A stretch of DNA of 64,000 nt from positions 10,104-74,103 of the forward strand of contig JAUSED010000010.1 of assembly GCA_030650425.1 (NCBI GenBank), read 5' to 3'. Made by a program: the position numbers and the translations under genes. The number at the start of each line of letters is the position of its first letter. Position 1 is the first letter of the stretch. The stretch comes from Candidatus Omnitrophota bacterium (GTDB lineage: Bacteria; Omnitrophota; Gorgyraeia; Gygaellales; Profunditerraquicolaceae). Below, piece by piece: positions 49,742 through 58,805 of the stretch. Under the pieces are notes generated by a model. It was given only the letters and a program-made list of their open reading frames with translations. It ran no database searches and was not told the origin of the DNA.

Positions 49742-50287
49742 TTACTTTAAATAGGCTTTGATGATTTTTTGTTCGCTAAGCGGGCGGTCGGATGGATTGG
49801 TTTGGGTATTTTCGATTTTCTGCACCACATCATAGCCTGAAATGACCTCGCCAAAAATTGTATGGCGCATATTCAACCAAAGGGTGGCGGCAGTGGTGAT
49901 AAAAAATTGGCTTCCGTTGGTATTCGGGCCGGCATTGGCCATAGCCAGAATCCCGGGTTTATCGAATTTGGCGCTAGGGCTTACTTCGTCTTCAAATGCC
50001 TTTCCCCAGATAGAATTTCCACCTGAGCCGGTTCCTGTGGGATCTCCGCCTTGAATCATAAAGCCTTTAATCACCCGATGAAAAATTAAACCGTTATAAT
50101 AACCTTTTTCCGCTAGCTTGGTAAAATTTTCGCAGGCCTTGGGCGCTACATCCGGCATAAGTTTAATCTCGATCAAACCTTGATTTGTTTCAAGAACTAC
50201 AATGTTGCTATCCATGCTAAATGCTCCTTTCGTAGCAATACCTACAACAAACATAAAACAGGCAATAACGATAATCTTTTTTAGCAT
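49742..50287 (-). CDS. Cyclophilin-type peptidyl-prolyl isomerase (secreted)
   Basis: FHRVIKGFMIQGGDP, AMANAGPNTNGSQFFI. Confidence 0.95.
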   Translation of the reverse strand: MLKKIIVIACFMFVVGIATKGAFSMDSNIVVLETNQGLIEIKLMPDVAPKACENFTKLAEKGYYNGLIFHRVIKGFMIQGGDPTGTGSGGNSIWGKAFEDEVSPSAKFDKPGILAMANAGPNTNGSQFFITTAATLWLNMRHTIFGEVISGYDVVQKIENTQTNPSDRPLSEQKIIKAYLK

Positions 50288-50306
50288 TCCTCCCCCTTTT
50301 TACGAT

Positions 50307-50413
50307 AGGGGACACTTTCCTTTGGGCCAGAAGGGGACACTTTCCTTTGAGTGGCTTCGCCATAGCTCTGACGGAAAGTGTCCCCTTCTGCAGAAGTTGG
50401 AAAATGTCCCCTG
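50307..50413 (+). repeat. Composite family A element, intergenic
   Basis: Identical to 8388-8494. Confidence 0.9.
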
Positions 50414-50416
50414 TGG

Positions 50417-51052
50417 TTAGGGTTTGCTCGATTTAGGCTGTTTGGAGAGCATAGACAGATTTTCGGCAATTTCTCTGCTTAAAGAGAAACAAACATCTCC
50501 GAGAGCTTGAGCTAAACCGAAATAATTATGCGGATTGATAGGTTTGCTAATCCGCGTCCTCTTGGTCAATAACAACTCCCTGCTTTTAGCATCAATAATC
50601 GACCACTGTCCTGTAAAAACCATATCCTTCTCCAGCTCGCTATCTAATTGTAAAACCTCCACAATCACCTGATAATCCAGCGGAATAGCGAAATTACAGG
50701 GGAAGACCTGAAAGCTTGCCGCCGGAAGCAAACTGGCGAGGTCATCATTAATCAAACGGGCTATGCCCGAATCAAGGGGTTCTCCCCACCGCTCAAACTG
50801 CGCAAATAAAAGTGTCCCATCCTTATTTCTCGTTACAATCTGCGGACGGTCCTGATAGGCCGGGATTCTGATCGGCCCGACCGCCACAATTACGCCGGAG
50901 GCAATCTCAAACTTTTCAACTGACTGCTCCTTAGTTATTGAGCCGGGCATATAAAACCGCGGGGTGGGGCTGGACGGGATAGATACGCATCCGTTTATCA
51001 GGAAAACAAATAAAACTACTGCCGCGCAGGATAAAAAATTCGCTTTGCTCAT
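50417..51052 (-). CDS. PqiC-like ABC auxiliary lipoprotein
   Basis: INGC lipobox, P.YQDRPQIV, RWGEPL. Confidence 0.85.
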   Translation of the reverse strand: MSKANFLSCAAVVLFVFLINGCVSIPSSPTPRFYMPGSITKEQSVEKFEIASGVIVAVGPIRIPAYQDRPQIVTRNKDGTLLFAQFERWGEPLDSGIARLINDDLASLLPAASFQVFPCNFAIPLDYQVIVEVLQLDSELEKDMVFTGQWSIIDAKSRELLLTKRTRISKPINPHNYFGLAQALGDVCFSLSREIAENLSMLSKQPKSSKP

Positions 51053-51053
51053 C

Positions 51054-51758
51054 TTACTCTCCTTTAGGAAGGGATTTTCCTTTTAAAAGCGCCTCAGGAT
51101 GCTGCTCAAGATACTCGGCAAACAAACCAAAAAAACGGGCTGAATTAGTCAATTCTTTAAGGGTCTTATCCAATTCAGAGATCCCCTCGGAATTTACCAG
51201 CCTGTTAATTCCGGCAAGCGTCTGTCCCAAATTAACCGTAATCTCTTTGATCGGGATATCATCCATAACTTGGAAAATATCCGGGGATATGGGAAGCGCC
51301 GGCAATTCTGGATAGCTTTTGATAATGCCGTAAAATTTCCCCGGCTTATTCGGATAAAGATCTAAAGCGATCATCAGCTGGCCGGTGATAAAATTTTGTA
51401 TTTCGAGCTTGGCGCGCAAGCCTTGCTTGATAAACTTCGTGTAATCAGGATAACCCGGCATCTCAGGAATCCCCATCACGCGCGATAACTCTACGTCAAT
51501 GACTACGGGAATGAGTACCTCTTGCGTTTGCTCGTCGTAAACTAAATTAATACTAACGACATTGCCAATTTTGACGCCTCTAAAGATTACCGGCGCTCCC
51601 ACGGAAAGGCCCTTAACTGAACCGTTAAAAAATAAAACGTATTTATCCGACTGCCTAAACAGCGCTCCTGAACCAAAAACTAATATCGCTACAATTAATA
51701 AGACTACCCCTCCTACTACAAACGCCCCGATTGTTGTTTTATTTATTTTTTTAATCAT
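51054..51758 (-). CDS. MlaD/PqiB MCE-domain protein
   Basis: SVKGLSVGAPVIFRGVKIG, YLEQHPEALLKG. Confidence 0.88.
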   Translation of the reverse strand: MIKKINKTTIGAFVVGGVVLLIVAILVFGSGALFRQSDKYVLFFNGSVKGLSVGAPVIFRGVKIGNVVSINLVYDEQTQEVLIPVVIDVELSRVMGIPEMPGYPDYTKFIKQGLRAKLEIQNFITGQLMIALDLYPNKPGKFYGIIKSYPELPALPISPDIFQVMDDIPIKEITVNLGQTLAGINRLVNSEGISELDKTLKELTNSARFFGLFAEYLEQHPEALLKGKSLPKGE

Positions 51759-51777
51759 AAGCTAACTCCCTGCCTGC

Positions 51778-52551
51778 CTAAGCAGGCGCAGTTTGTTTTT
51801 CTCCCCTTGTCAAAAACTGAATAACCCTGGAATCTTTAGAATTAGCGAGCAAGTCTTTAGGATTCCCTTCGGCAATTATACCCTTACTTTCAGCATCAAG
51901 AAGCACTGCCTTATCGCCGAGAGCAAAAATACTCGCCAATTCGTGGGTCACAATCACAAAGGTAGCGCCCAAGGCGTTTCTCAATTGCATAATCAAATCG
52001 TCAAGCATCCGGGCGTTCAAAGGGTCTAACCCGGCTGAGGGTTCATCAAAAAAAATAATCTCGGGATCAAGGGCAATTGCACGGGCAAGCCCTGCTCTTT
52101 TACGCATGCCACCGCTTATTTGCGCCGGATAGAAATCAGCGTAACCGCTCAAGCCGACCAAAGAGAGCTTTAATTCTACCATTTCCCGAATCTGGATGGA
52201 AGACAAATTTGAATACAATTCTAAAGGCAAAGCGACATTCTCACCCAAGGTAAAAGAACTCCAGAGCGCCCCGCTCTGATAGAGCACTCCGAAACGCCGT
52301 ATCCAATCCTGCTGGACTGACTCATCCTCTTGCCAAAAATTTGCTCCTCCATATAATACCTCTCCCTTGATCGGCTCTTTAAGCCCAATCAGGACTTTCA
52401 ACAGGGTGCTCTTGCCGCAACCGCTTCCACCCATCACCACAAAAATATCTCCTTTATTTACGCTGAAATTGAGATCGTGCAGGACCTCGTAATCATCATA
52501 ACTTAGATCAAGATTACGCACTTCAATTATAGGCTGAGATTTATTATCCAT
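51778..52551 (-). CDS. MlaF-type ABC ATPase
   Basis: GGSGCGKS, ISGGMRKRAGLARA, DEPSAGLDP. Confidence 0.9.
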   Translation of the reverse strand: MDNKSQPIIEVRNLDLSYDDYEVLHDLNFSVNKGDIFVVMGGSGCGKSTLLKVLIGLKEPIKGEVLYGGANFWQEDESVQQDWIRRFGVLYQSGALWSSFTLGENVALPLELYSNLSSIQIREMVELKLSLVGLSGYADFYPAQISGGMRKRAGLARAIALDPEIIFFDEPSAGLDPLNARMLDDLIMQLRNALGATFVIVTHELASIFALGDKAVLLDAESKGIIAEGNPKDLLANSKDSRVIQFLTRGEKQTAPA

Positions 52552-52554
52552 TAA

Positions 52555-53682
52555 TTACACCCCTAAAACCTGACAAATTAAAGTAATAATCGCGGTAGCC
52601 ACCACAATGCTGGTTATAGCGCTTACCACTGCCGAAGTGGTTGCCGCTCCTACGCCTTCAGCGCTTTTTACGCAGTTAATTCCGCGGAAACATCCGGCCA
52701 CAGCCACGATGATTCCAAAAACAAAACTGTGGATCAGGCCAACCCAAAGATTGCTTAGGTGCACAGCCGACTGGGTATGCCGCCAGTACTCTACCGGATT
52801 AAGCCCGAGAAATTTTACGCTGATAATAAAACCTCCTAATATACCCATAAAATCCGCGTAAAGTGTTAAGAGCGGCATCATTATCACCAAGGCTAAAACG
52901 CGCGGTATCACCAAAAATTCCACCGGAGAAATTCCCAAGGTCTTAAAAGCATCGATCTCCTCATTTACCTGCATCAGGCCAAGCTCCGCGGCAAAAGATG
53001 CTCCGGTGCGGCCGGACATAATAATTCCGGTCATCACCGCGCCCATCACCCGAACCATAGCGATACCAACGATATTGGCGATATAAATCTGCGCCCCGAA
53101 TATTTTAAGCTGGATTGCTCCAATAAAGGCAAGAATCATACCGACCAGAACGCTGATCAGAGAAACAAGTCCCCAGGCATCAACCCCGCAACGCTGCACA
53201 ATACCAATAAATTCATCCTGACGAAAATAGGCTCTACCGGAAAGCAAACGGCCGAAAGCAAAAGCAATCTCCCCTAAGAAATTAACAACCGAGAGCGCGC
53301 CGGCACAGAGTTGTAGGAATCTATCGGCAACTTTTTCCAGAAAATACTCTTTCTCGATCTTATGCGGAATATTTTCTGTATTAGCCTTGAGCGCAAGCGC
53401 AAGCAGTTTGCCCACCCCCTGCGGCAGGTCTTGACGATCAACCTGTATATCTCTATGGCCGCACTCTTTGATTAAATTGAGCAGGAAAGAAACCAGTCCG
53501 CTATCCCATTTTTCTATTTTGGAAACATCCAGCACTACCTGCGCAATCTCTTTATGTTCGCCAAGCTGCGCGAATACTTCGCTTGCTGAGGGCAGCCCCG
53601 CGCGGATTTGCCACTCTCCGCTTAATTTTAGGCGGAGAGTATTTACGGAAGGATAATCAAAAGAAAGTTTATTTAACGGCAT
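52555..53682 (-). CDS. MlaE-type permease with N-terminal STAS
   Basis: GRTGASFAAELGLM..EEIDA, VGAATTSAVV. Confidence 0.9.
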   Translation of the reverse strand: MPLNKLSFDYPSVNTLRLKLSGEWQIRAGLPSASEVFAQLGEHKEIAQVVLDVSKIEKWDSGLVSFLLNLIKECGHRDIQVDRQDLPQGVGKLLALALKANTENIPHKIEKEYFLEKVADRFLQLCAGALSVVNFLGEIAFAFGRLLSGRAYFRQDEFIGIVQRCGVDAWGLVSLISVLVGMILAFIGAIQLKIFGAQIYIANIVGIAMVRVMGAVMTGIIMSGRTGASFAAELGLMQVNEEIDAFKTLGISPVEFLVIPRVLALVIMMPLLTLYADFMGILGGFIISVKFLGLNPVEYWRHTQSAVHLSNLWVGLIHSFVFGIIVAVAGCFRGINCVKSAEGVGAATTSAVVSAITSIVVATAIITLICQVLGV

Positions 53683-53715
53683 ATAATTTTATTCTACTCT
53701 TCGTGAGCAAAAAAC

Positions 53716-54093
53716 CTAGGTGGGCCTTTTTTTATTTTTAGATTTATACGGAGTACATAATACGCTGGCAAAAGAAGAAAGCTTATTATCTTCATAAGGA
53801 AATTCCTTGCAGGTGACCGGCTTTAAAGCATAATCAACCTTATGTATTCTGCAGAGGCCGTCGGAATCCAAAAAAACACAACGCTCGTCTTCATAACTGG
53901 TGCCTACCTTGTACCCGGAAGGAAAACAATCGTCTTTTTCTAAATGGAAAAAATCGCCCTTTATCCCAAAGGACAATATATTTTTCGCTTCTTCCAGGTC
54001 GATCCAAGCCCCTAGCTTACAGCAATCCGCCTGCGTTTTACAGCTAAGACAATCAATCTTTACTTTCGCTTTTATTTTTTTAGCATTTTTCAT
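53716..54093 (-). CDS. YkgJ family cysteine-cluster protein
   Basis: CVFLD..CRIH..KP.TCKEFPY. Confidence 0.8.
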   Translation of the reverse strand: MKNAKKIKAKVKIDCLSCKTQADCCKLGAWIDLEEAKNILSFGIKGDFFHLEKDDCFPSGYKVGTSYEDERCVFLDSDGLCRIHKVDYALKPVTCKEFPYEDNKLSSFASVLCTPYKSKNKKRPT

Positions 54094-54176
54094 TTCTTAA
54101 TGCCTTCCATGCTTTATTATGGGCCTAAAGGGCTGGATTCTAGAATCCAGCCCTTCGACTCACTAGATAAATTTAA

Positions 54177-54290
54177 TTATTTTTTACACTTAAGGCAGCA
54201 ATTATCGTGGATGCATTTAATAGCGGTCTTAGCAAGCACAAAGATGATTAACAACAAGGCGATCTGGCCAAACAATCCCCAGCTCATCAT
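54177..54290 (-). CDS. Small Cys-rich membrane peptide (37 aa), not in the ORF track
   Basis: GGAGG SD; MMSWGLFGQIALLLIIFVLAKTAIKCIHDNCCLKCKK. Confidence 0.55.
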   Translation of the reverse strand: MMSWGLFGQIALLLIIFVLAKTAIKCIHDNCCLKCKK

Positions 54291-54329
54291 CTCTCCCTCC
54301 TTTTTTAATAAACAGACAACTTACTGCGC

Positions 54330-54740
54330 CTAGCCTTTCTTCAATGCCACGAAGGCCTTTTCATTATCACTGGCTGAGAGTGCTATGGTTGCCGGGCAGC
54401 CCGAAGAGCAGGTAGTGCCATAGGCATATTTTATATCCACCTTTTCCTGCGCTACCTTTTCGGTCACCAGTTTTAATGCGCCGACCTTGTTCTCAAGATC
54501 AATCACGACAATGCTTTTTTCTTCCTGTGATTTGTAGCCTGCTTTTTTCAAGGCATCAGAGGCGCGCAAGTTATCCACAGTCACCAGATGGATCTTGGCT
54601 TCTTTGCCCATGCCATAGCCCACAAAAGCCTCTAAGTTTATGCCATGGTCCGCAAGTATCTTGCATATATTTGCCAATGCACCTACGCTATTTGCCACCG
54701 TTACTACGATCTCCTTTTTCATATTCACCGCTTTAATCAT
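54330..54740 (-). CDS. ACT-domain pair protein
   Basis: N.VGALA..LA..GINL, ENKVGAL. Confidence 0.85.
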   Translation of the reverse strand: MIKAVNMKKEIVVTVANSVGALANICKILADHGINLEAFVGYGMGKEAKIHLVTVDNLRASDALKKAGYKSQEEKSIVVIDLENKVGALKLVTEKVAQEKVDIKYAYGTTCSSGCPATIALSASDNEKAFVALKKG

Positions 54741-54833
54741 AGTCGGCCTCCTTTTGCTATCATTCTACCTCTCCCCTCACCCTTGTCAACCTCAAAATAT
54801 CCTTAGGCTATGACGGTGTTGCATCTCCGAGAT

Positions 54834-55460
54834 TTAAAGATTAGTATAATTATTTTTCCAATACCATTGCGGAAAGACAATAGTAAAAATAAATAAAACG
54901 ACTAGCACAGGCAACCAGGCAAACATGTCTATCTTGCCCACTATCTTTAAATCATTGACATTTAATAACACCAACAATAGCGCAAATAATAAATAAGTAA
55001 CCCCCCAGACCGCTGTCACAATGCGCCAGGCTTTTGAATAATATTTTGAGCGTATGATTTTTTCCGGCGCCCTTACTCCCACAACATCTGCAAATATCTC
55101 AATAATTGAACGGCTGAAAAACAGAGAAACTAAAAAGATAACCCCGAATATAAACTCATCCAAGGCCACCAAGAACAGGTACGTGCGGGGATCCCTTTGC
55201 GCAATCACCACAACTATCCTCACCAAAATCAAAACCAGTGCCAGAATCGCGAAAATATTGGTTTTATGGGTTCTTGCTTGACCTATTAGAAACACCACAA
55301 CGCACCAAGCTACGGCTATGCCACCCCAAAGAAAAGGCATTTTCTGGTTCAGTCCGTAAAGAAAAATTACCTTGGGGATTAAAAAACCTACGATTACATC
55401 TTTCCAAGGAAAATTATGCCTAAAAACTTGCCATGTGGACTGCGGCTTTTCGTCTATCAT
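54834..55460 (-). CDS. Multi-pass membrane protein (VC0807-like)
   Basis: About six TM helices; AWRIVTAVWG. Confidence 0.6.
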   Translation of the reverse strand: MIDEKPQSTWQVFRHNFPWKDVIVGFLIPKVIFLYGLNQKMPFLWGGIAVAWCVVVFLIGQARTHKTNIFAILALVLILVRIVVVIAQRDPRTYLFLVALDEFIFGVIFLVSLFFSRSIIEIFADVVGVRAPEKIIRSKYYSKAWRIVTAVWGVTYLLFALLLVLLNVNDLKIVGKIDMFAWLPVLVVLFIFTIVFPQWYWKNNYTNL

Positions 55461-55555
55461 CCCAGAATCCTCCTTAATTTTATTATACTACCTTACACCA
55501 AGAATCCCAAATGTTTTTTAGAATTGAGATAGATTAGTTTGGTGTCGAAGAATTT

Positions 55556-55615
55556 GAAAGCGCTTTCCCAAAACCCTGTATTTACCCTTGATTTTTATTT
55601 AGGATAATGCATACT
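55556..55615 (+). promoter_or_regulatory. Promoter and palindromic operator of sRNA copy 2
   Basis: GAAAGCGCTTTC-N20-TTGATT-N16-CATACT. Confidence 0.7.
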
Positions 55616-55621
55616 TAATAT

Positions 55622-55711
55622 TGCGTTTACTCAAAAAAGGAGGGTGGTCGATAGCGGAAAGCTATTAGGCCTATCACCTACAAAAAACCCCGAGGATATT
55701 CGGGGTTTTTT
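55622..55711 (+). ncRNA. Candidate small RNA, copy 2
   Basis: Promoter, core shared with 12546-12578, terminator aaccccga..tcggggtttttt. Confidence 0.6.
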
Positions 55712-55728
55712 GTTTGCAGCACCTAGTT

Positions 55729-56376
55729 TTATTTTGAAGGCGCTTGTTTATGCACCATTGTATAGGCGTATTCCACGCCGAAACCGTACGCGCCGCTATG
55801 CGTCTTTATTATGTCAATGACGGCGTCATAAGTTTCCTTTCTTGCCCAATCCCGCTGGAACTCAAGCATCACCTGCTGCCAAGTTACAGGTACAGCGCCT
55901 GCCTGAATCATTCTTTGGCAGGCTTTTTCGTGAATTTCCGGAGAGGTTCCTCCCGAGGCATCGGCAACGAAATAAACTTCATAGCCGGCTTTTAGCGCGC
56001 TTAAAACCGGAAAACAAAGGCAGACCTCTGTCCATAACGCGCAGATAATCAGACGTTTGCGGCCGATCCGCTCGACTTCGGCAACAAATTTTTTGTCTTC
56101 CCAAGAGTTCATAGAAGACCTCTCTATGACTTTTTGGTATTCGAAGATCTTGTGGATCTGAGGCAAAAAATAACCACTAAAACTTTTACTTTCAATGCCT
56201 GTAAGAATCACGGGTAGATTAAAAACTTTGGCTGCTTTAGCCAAGGCGACAACATTATTCAGAAGCAGCTGCCTATCCATCGAAGCTACCCCAAAGAACA
56301 TTTGCGGCTGAAAATCAATAAAAATTACCGAGCAGTCTCCCGGTTCCAACAATTCTACGTAATCAACTTTTGGCAT
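55729..56376 (-). CDS. YcaC-like isochorismatase family hydrolase
   Basis: IDFQPQM, RSSMNSWED, LWTEVC, LEFQRDWAR. Confidence 0.9.
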   Translation of the reverse strand: MPKVDYVELLEPGDCSVIFIDFQPQMFFGVASMDRQLLLNNVVALAKAAKVFNLPVILTGIESKSFSGYFLPQIHKIFEYQKVIERSSMNSWEDKKFVAEVERIGRKRLIICALWTEVCLCFPVLSALKAGYEVYFVADASGGTSPEIHEKACQRMIQAGAVPVTWQQVMLEFQRDWARKETYDAVIDIIKTHSGAYGFGVEYAYTMVHKQAPSK

Positions 56377-56542
56377 ATCCCCTCCTTTTTAAGAGAATAC
56401 TACCTTATTCTAGAAAATAAATAAATTGGCTGATTCGCCTTTTTGCTGTCTTTTATCCCTCCTTCAGGTGCCTACGTAAAAAAAATCCCAAGCCTTTTCG
56501 AGCTTAGGATTTCTAATTAAGTGTCAAACTTTAATTTAGAAT

Positions 56543-56734
56543 TTATGCTTTGGGCCTTCGGGGAATCACCGCCCACACCGCCAGATAACCAATGATTCCA
56601 ATGCCACATGATATAATGGTAAGAAAAACAAACAGAACCCTAAATATCGTAGAATCTATCTCAAAATACTCGCCCAAACCACCACAGACACCGCCGATTT
56701 TACGGTCGGTATTCGAAAGGTAAAGTTTTTTCAT
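56543..56734 (-). CDS. PspC-domain protein
   Basis: KKLYLS..DRKIGGVCGGLGEYF.ID. Confidence 0.9.
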   Translation of the reverse strand: MKKLYLSNTDRKIGGVCGGLGEYFEIDSTIFRVLFVFLTIISCGIGIIGYLAVWAVIPRRPKA

Positions 56735-56759
56735 ACTCACCTCCTTATATTTTATAACT

Positions 56760-57014
56760 CTAATATCTGAAATGCACAAATATCCTGCCGAAATTTTTAT
56801 CGTCTTTTTCAATGCGGCGGTAAAGCCTTTTTATCTGCGGCTGTTCCAAGAAACGCAATACACTCTTCTTCAGCTGTCCGCTCCCCTTGCCCGGAATGAT
56901 TTCCACCAGCTCTATCTTTTTACTTACCGCCTCCTGAATTACACGATTGAGTTCCACTTCAATTGCCCGGCCATTGCTGAAGATATCATGTAAGTCTAAT
57001 TTAATTTTAGCCAT
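56760..57014 (-). CDS. Stand-alone Smr domain protein
   Basis: LDLHD, EIIPGKGSGQLK, NFG. Confidence 0.85.
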   Translation of the reverse strand: MAKIKLDLHDIFSNGRAIEVELNRVIQEAVSKKIELVEIIPGKGSGQLKKSVLRFLEQPQIKRLYRRIEKDDKNFGRIFVHFRY

Positions 57015-57313
57015 AAAGTTATTATAACTCCCTAAACCAAAAATCCCAAGCCATTTTAAAGGCTCGCTTAATTCAGCAGGGCCTGCCACGGCGCCACCTT
57101 ACTTGTTCTCGCCTATTCGGCTCGAAAAGTAAGGGATCCGTCACCGTGTCACCCGCGCGAAGCTCCCTCCGCTCGCCTCTCCCTGCGCTATCCGCCAAAA
57201 ATCCCAAGCTTTTTTCGAGCTTGGGATTAATTAACTATTGTGTCCCCCGGAACTACGCCCGGAACTACCCGGAACTATTCCCCGGAACTATTCTAATTTT
57301 CTCTAATTTTATA

Positions 57314-57712
57314 TTATTCATTTTCACACCTCTCCATCATCTTATTATCAATCAATATGTTGGCAATCTTTTCTTTGGAGATTTGATATTTATTGCTAAC
57401 TGTTTCTATAGCCGTTTGAATATTCATAATCTGCAACTTTGTTGTGGCTGTTTGTTCTTTATCAACGTTCTTTGAAATATTCGTCTTCGCTTTTGTTAAA
57501 CTAAAGCCCTTAGTTAATTCTTCATAGTCACTAATAACTCCCACTAAGGTATTACTGTCAACACCATATTTAATAGCCAATAATTCCGTGTCCTCATTAA
57601 GCATATTCTCTATCTCAAGATTTTCTTCTACTGCTCCTGTCTGAGTCTGAACTGATTTTTGCTCACACCCAATAACAAACAAACATAATAATAAAACTAA
57701 CAGTTTTTTCAT
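57314..57712 (-). CDS. Hypothetical lipoprotein
   Basis: VIGC lipobox. Confidence 0.7.
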   Translation of the reverse strand: MKKLLVLLLCLFVIGCEQKSVQTQTGAVEENLEIENMLNEDTELLAIKYGVDSNTLVGVISDYEELTKGFSLTKAKTNISKNVDKEQTATTKLQIMNIQTAIETVSNKYQISKEKIANILIDNKMMERCENE

Positions 57713-57896
57713 TTATCCCCCTACTTTAATATTATTGGATTCTGTAAACGCAACACTCAATTGTATCTAACGAAGAATTAAATTCTGCGTCTCCAGGACT
57801 TACTTGATTTCTCAAGCCCTTTTCAAGCTTGGGAATAATTAATTACTGTGCCCCCGAAATTACCGACTTCTTATTTATTTACAGGCTTTCTACTTT

Positions 57897-58250
57897 TTAG
57901 TATGCGCTCCCACTGTTTCTGTTATGATCTCTTATTTCTTCTAGATTTCTAGCTTCTTCTTCCTTTGTTTCTGTTCTAATATAAACTCCAAACTTTATGC
58001 GACTAACAGTAGAGTTCTTTATTTCTTTAGCGATATCTCCTCCTGCTTCTGCGAATTGCAGTACTCGAATACCCGCTTTTCCCGACTTCGTATCAATATC
58101 TTCAACCGTAACTGCTATATCAAACTCTACTGTTTTGTTTTCTTTATCATAAAGTTTCATGTCGCGCACAGAATTATTACGCGCATCTTCTACTCCTTGG
58201 ACTAAATCGGTTAAGACTTTTTTTACAAACTCCTTTAGTTCCATATTCAC
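57897..58250 (-). CDS. Trypco2-like small protein
   Basis: MELKEFVK..L..VEFDIAVT..SRIKF pattern. Confidence 0.55.
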   Translation of the reverse strand: MNMELKEFVKKVLTDLVQGVEDARNNSVRDMKLYDKENKTVEFDIAVTVEDIDTKSGKAGIRVLQFAEAGGDIAKEIKNSTVSRIKFGVYIRTETKEEEARNLEEIRDHNRNSGSAY

Positions 58251-58283
58251 TCCTTCTATTTTTCAAAAATCAGAACCCCCATT

Positions 58284-58664
58284 TTATTTTGAATTAGGAA
58301 AATATTCTTTATGTTTCCTACCTATTACATTAATAATCTTGTTGTTTATTGGGTCATCTATGTCTTTTAAACCATTTACTCCTCTCCAAGAGTAAACTTT
58401 CCCTGTTGCAGTATCAAAAATATCATAATTAGGATATTCATAATTAACCATAACATATCGACCTATTGACGGCTTAATAAGACTACCAATCAATACAAGA
58501 AACCCACTAATTAAACCAATGATAGCAACTCTTACAGGTAATGAAATCGATAACCATATATCCTTAGCCTTTTTTATACTATTTCCTTTCAGTACAAGAC
58601 TACCCCAAACAAACAATAAGGACGGTTCTATCTTTCTAGAAACCTTCCCTCGAATTGCGACCAT
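58284..58664 (-). CDS. Hypothetical membrane protein
   Basis: One TM helix; FDTATGKVY. Confidence 0.55.
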   Translation of the reverse strand: MVAIRGKVSRKIEPSLLFVWGSLVLKGNSIKKAKDIWLSISLPVRVAIIGLISGFLVLIGSLIKPSIGRYVMVNYEYPNYDIFDTATGKVYSWRGVNGLKDIDDPINNKIINVIGRKHKEYFPNSK

Positions 58665-58805
58665 GGCGCAACAATAACCTGATTATTGACTATATTTTAC
58701 CCCTCCCAATATGCTTGTCAATCCAAAATTCCCAAATACTTGCAAGCCTGGAATTCTAAAGGTATTCCTTTAGGGACGTTTCTAGTCTTCTCCAACCCTA
58801 ATAAA

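Noticed and set aside
7869-50413. Family A repeats as a CRISPR array
   Set aside because: Copies are dispersed, with no regular repeat-spacer periodicity and no cas genes.
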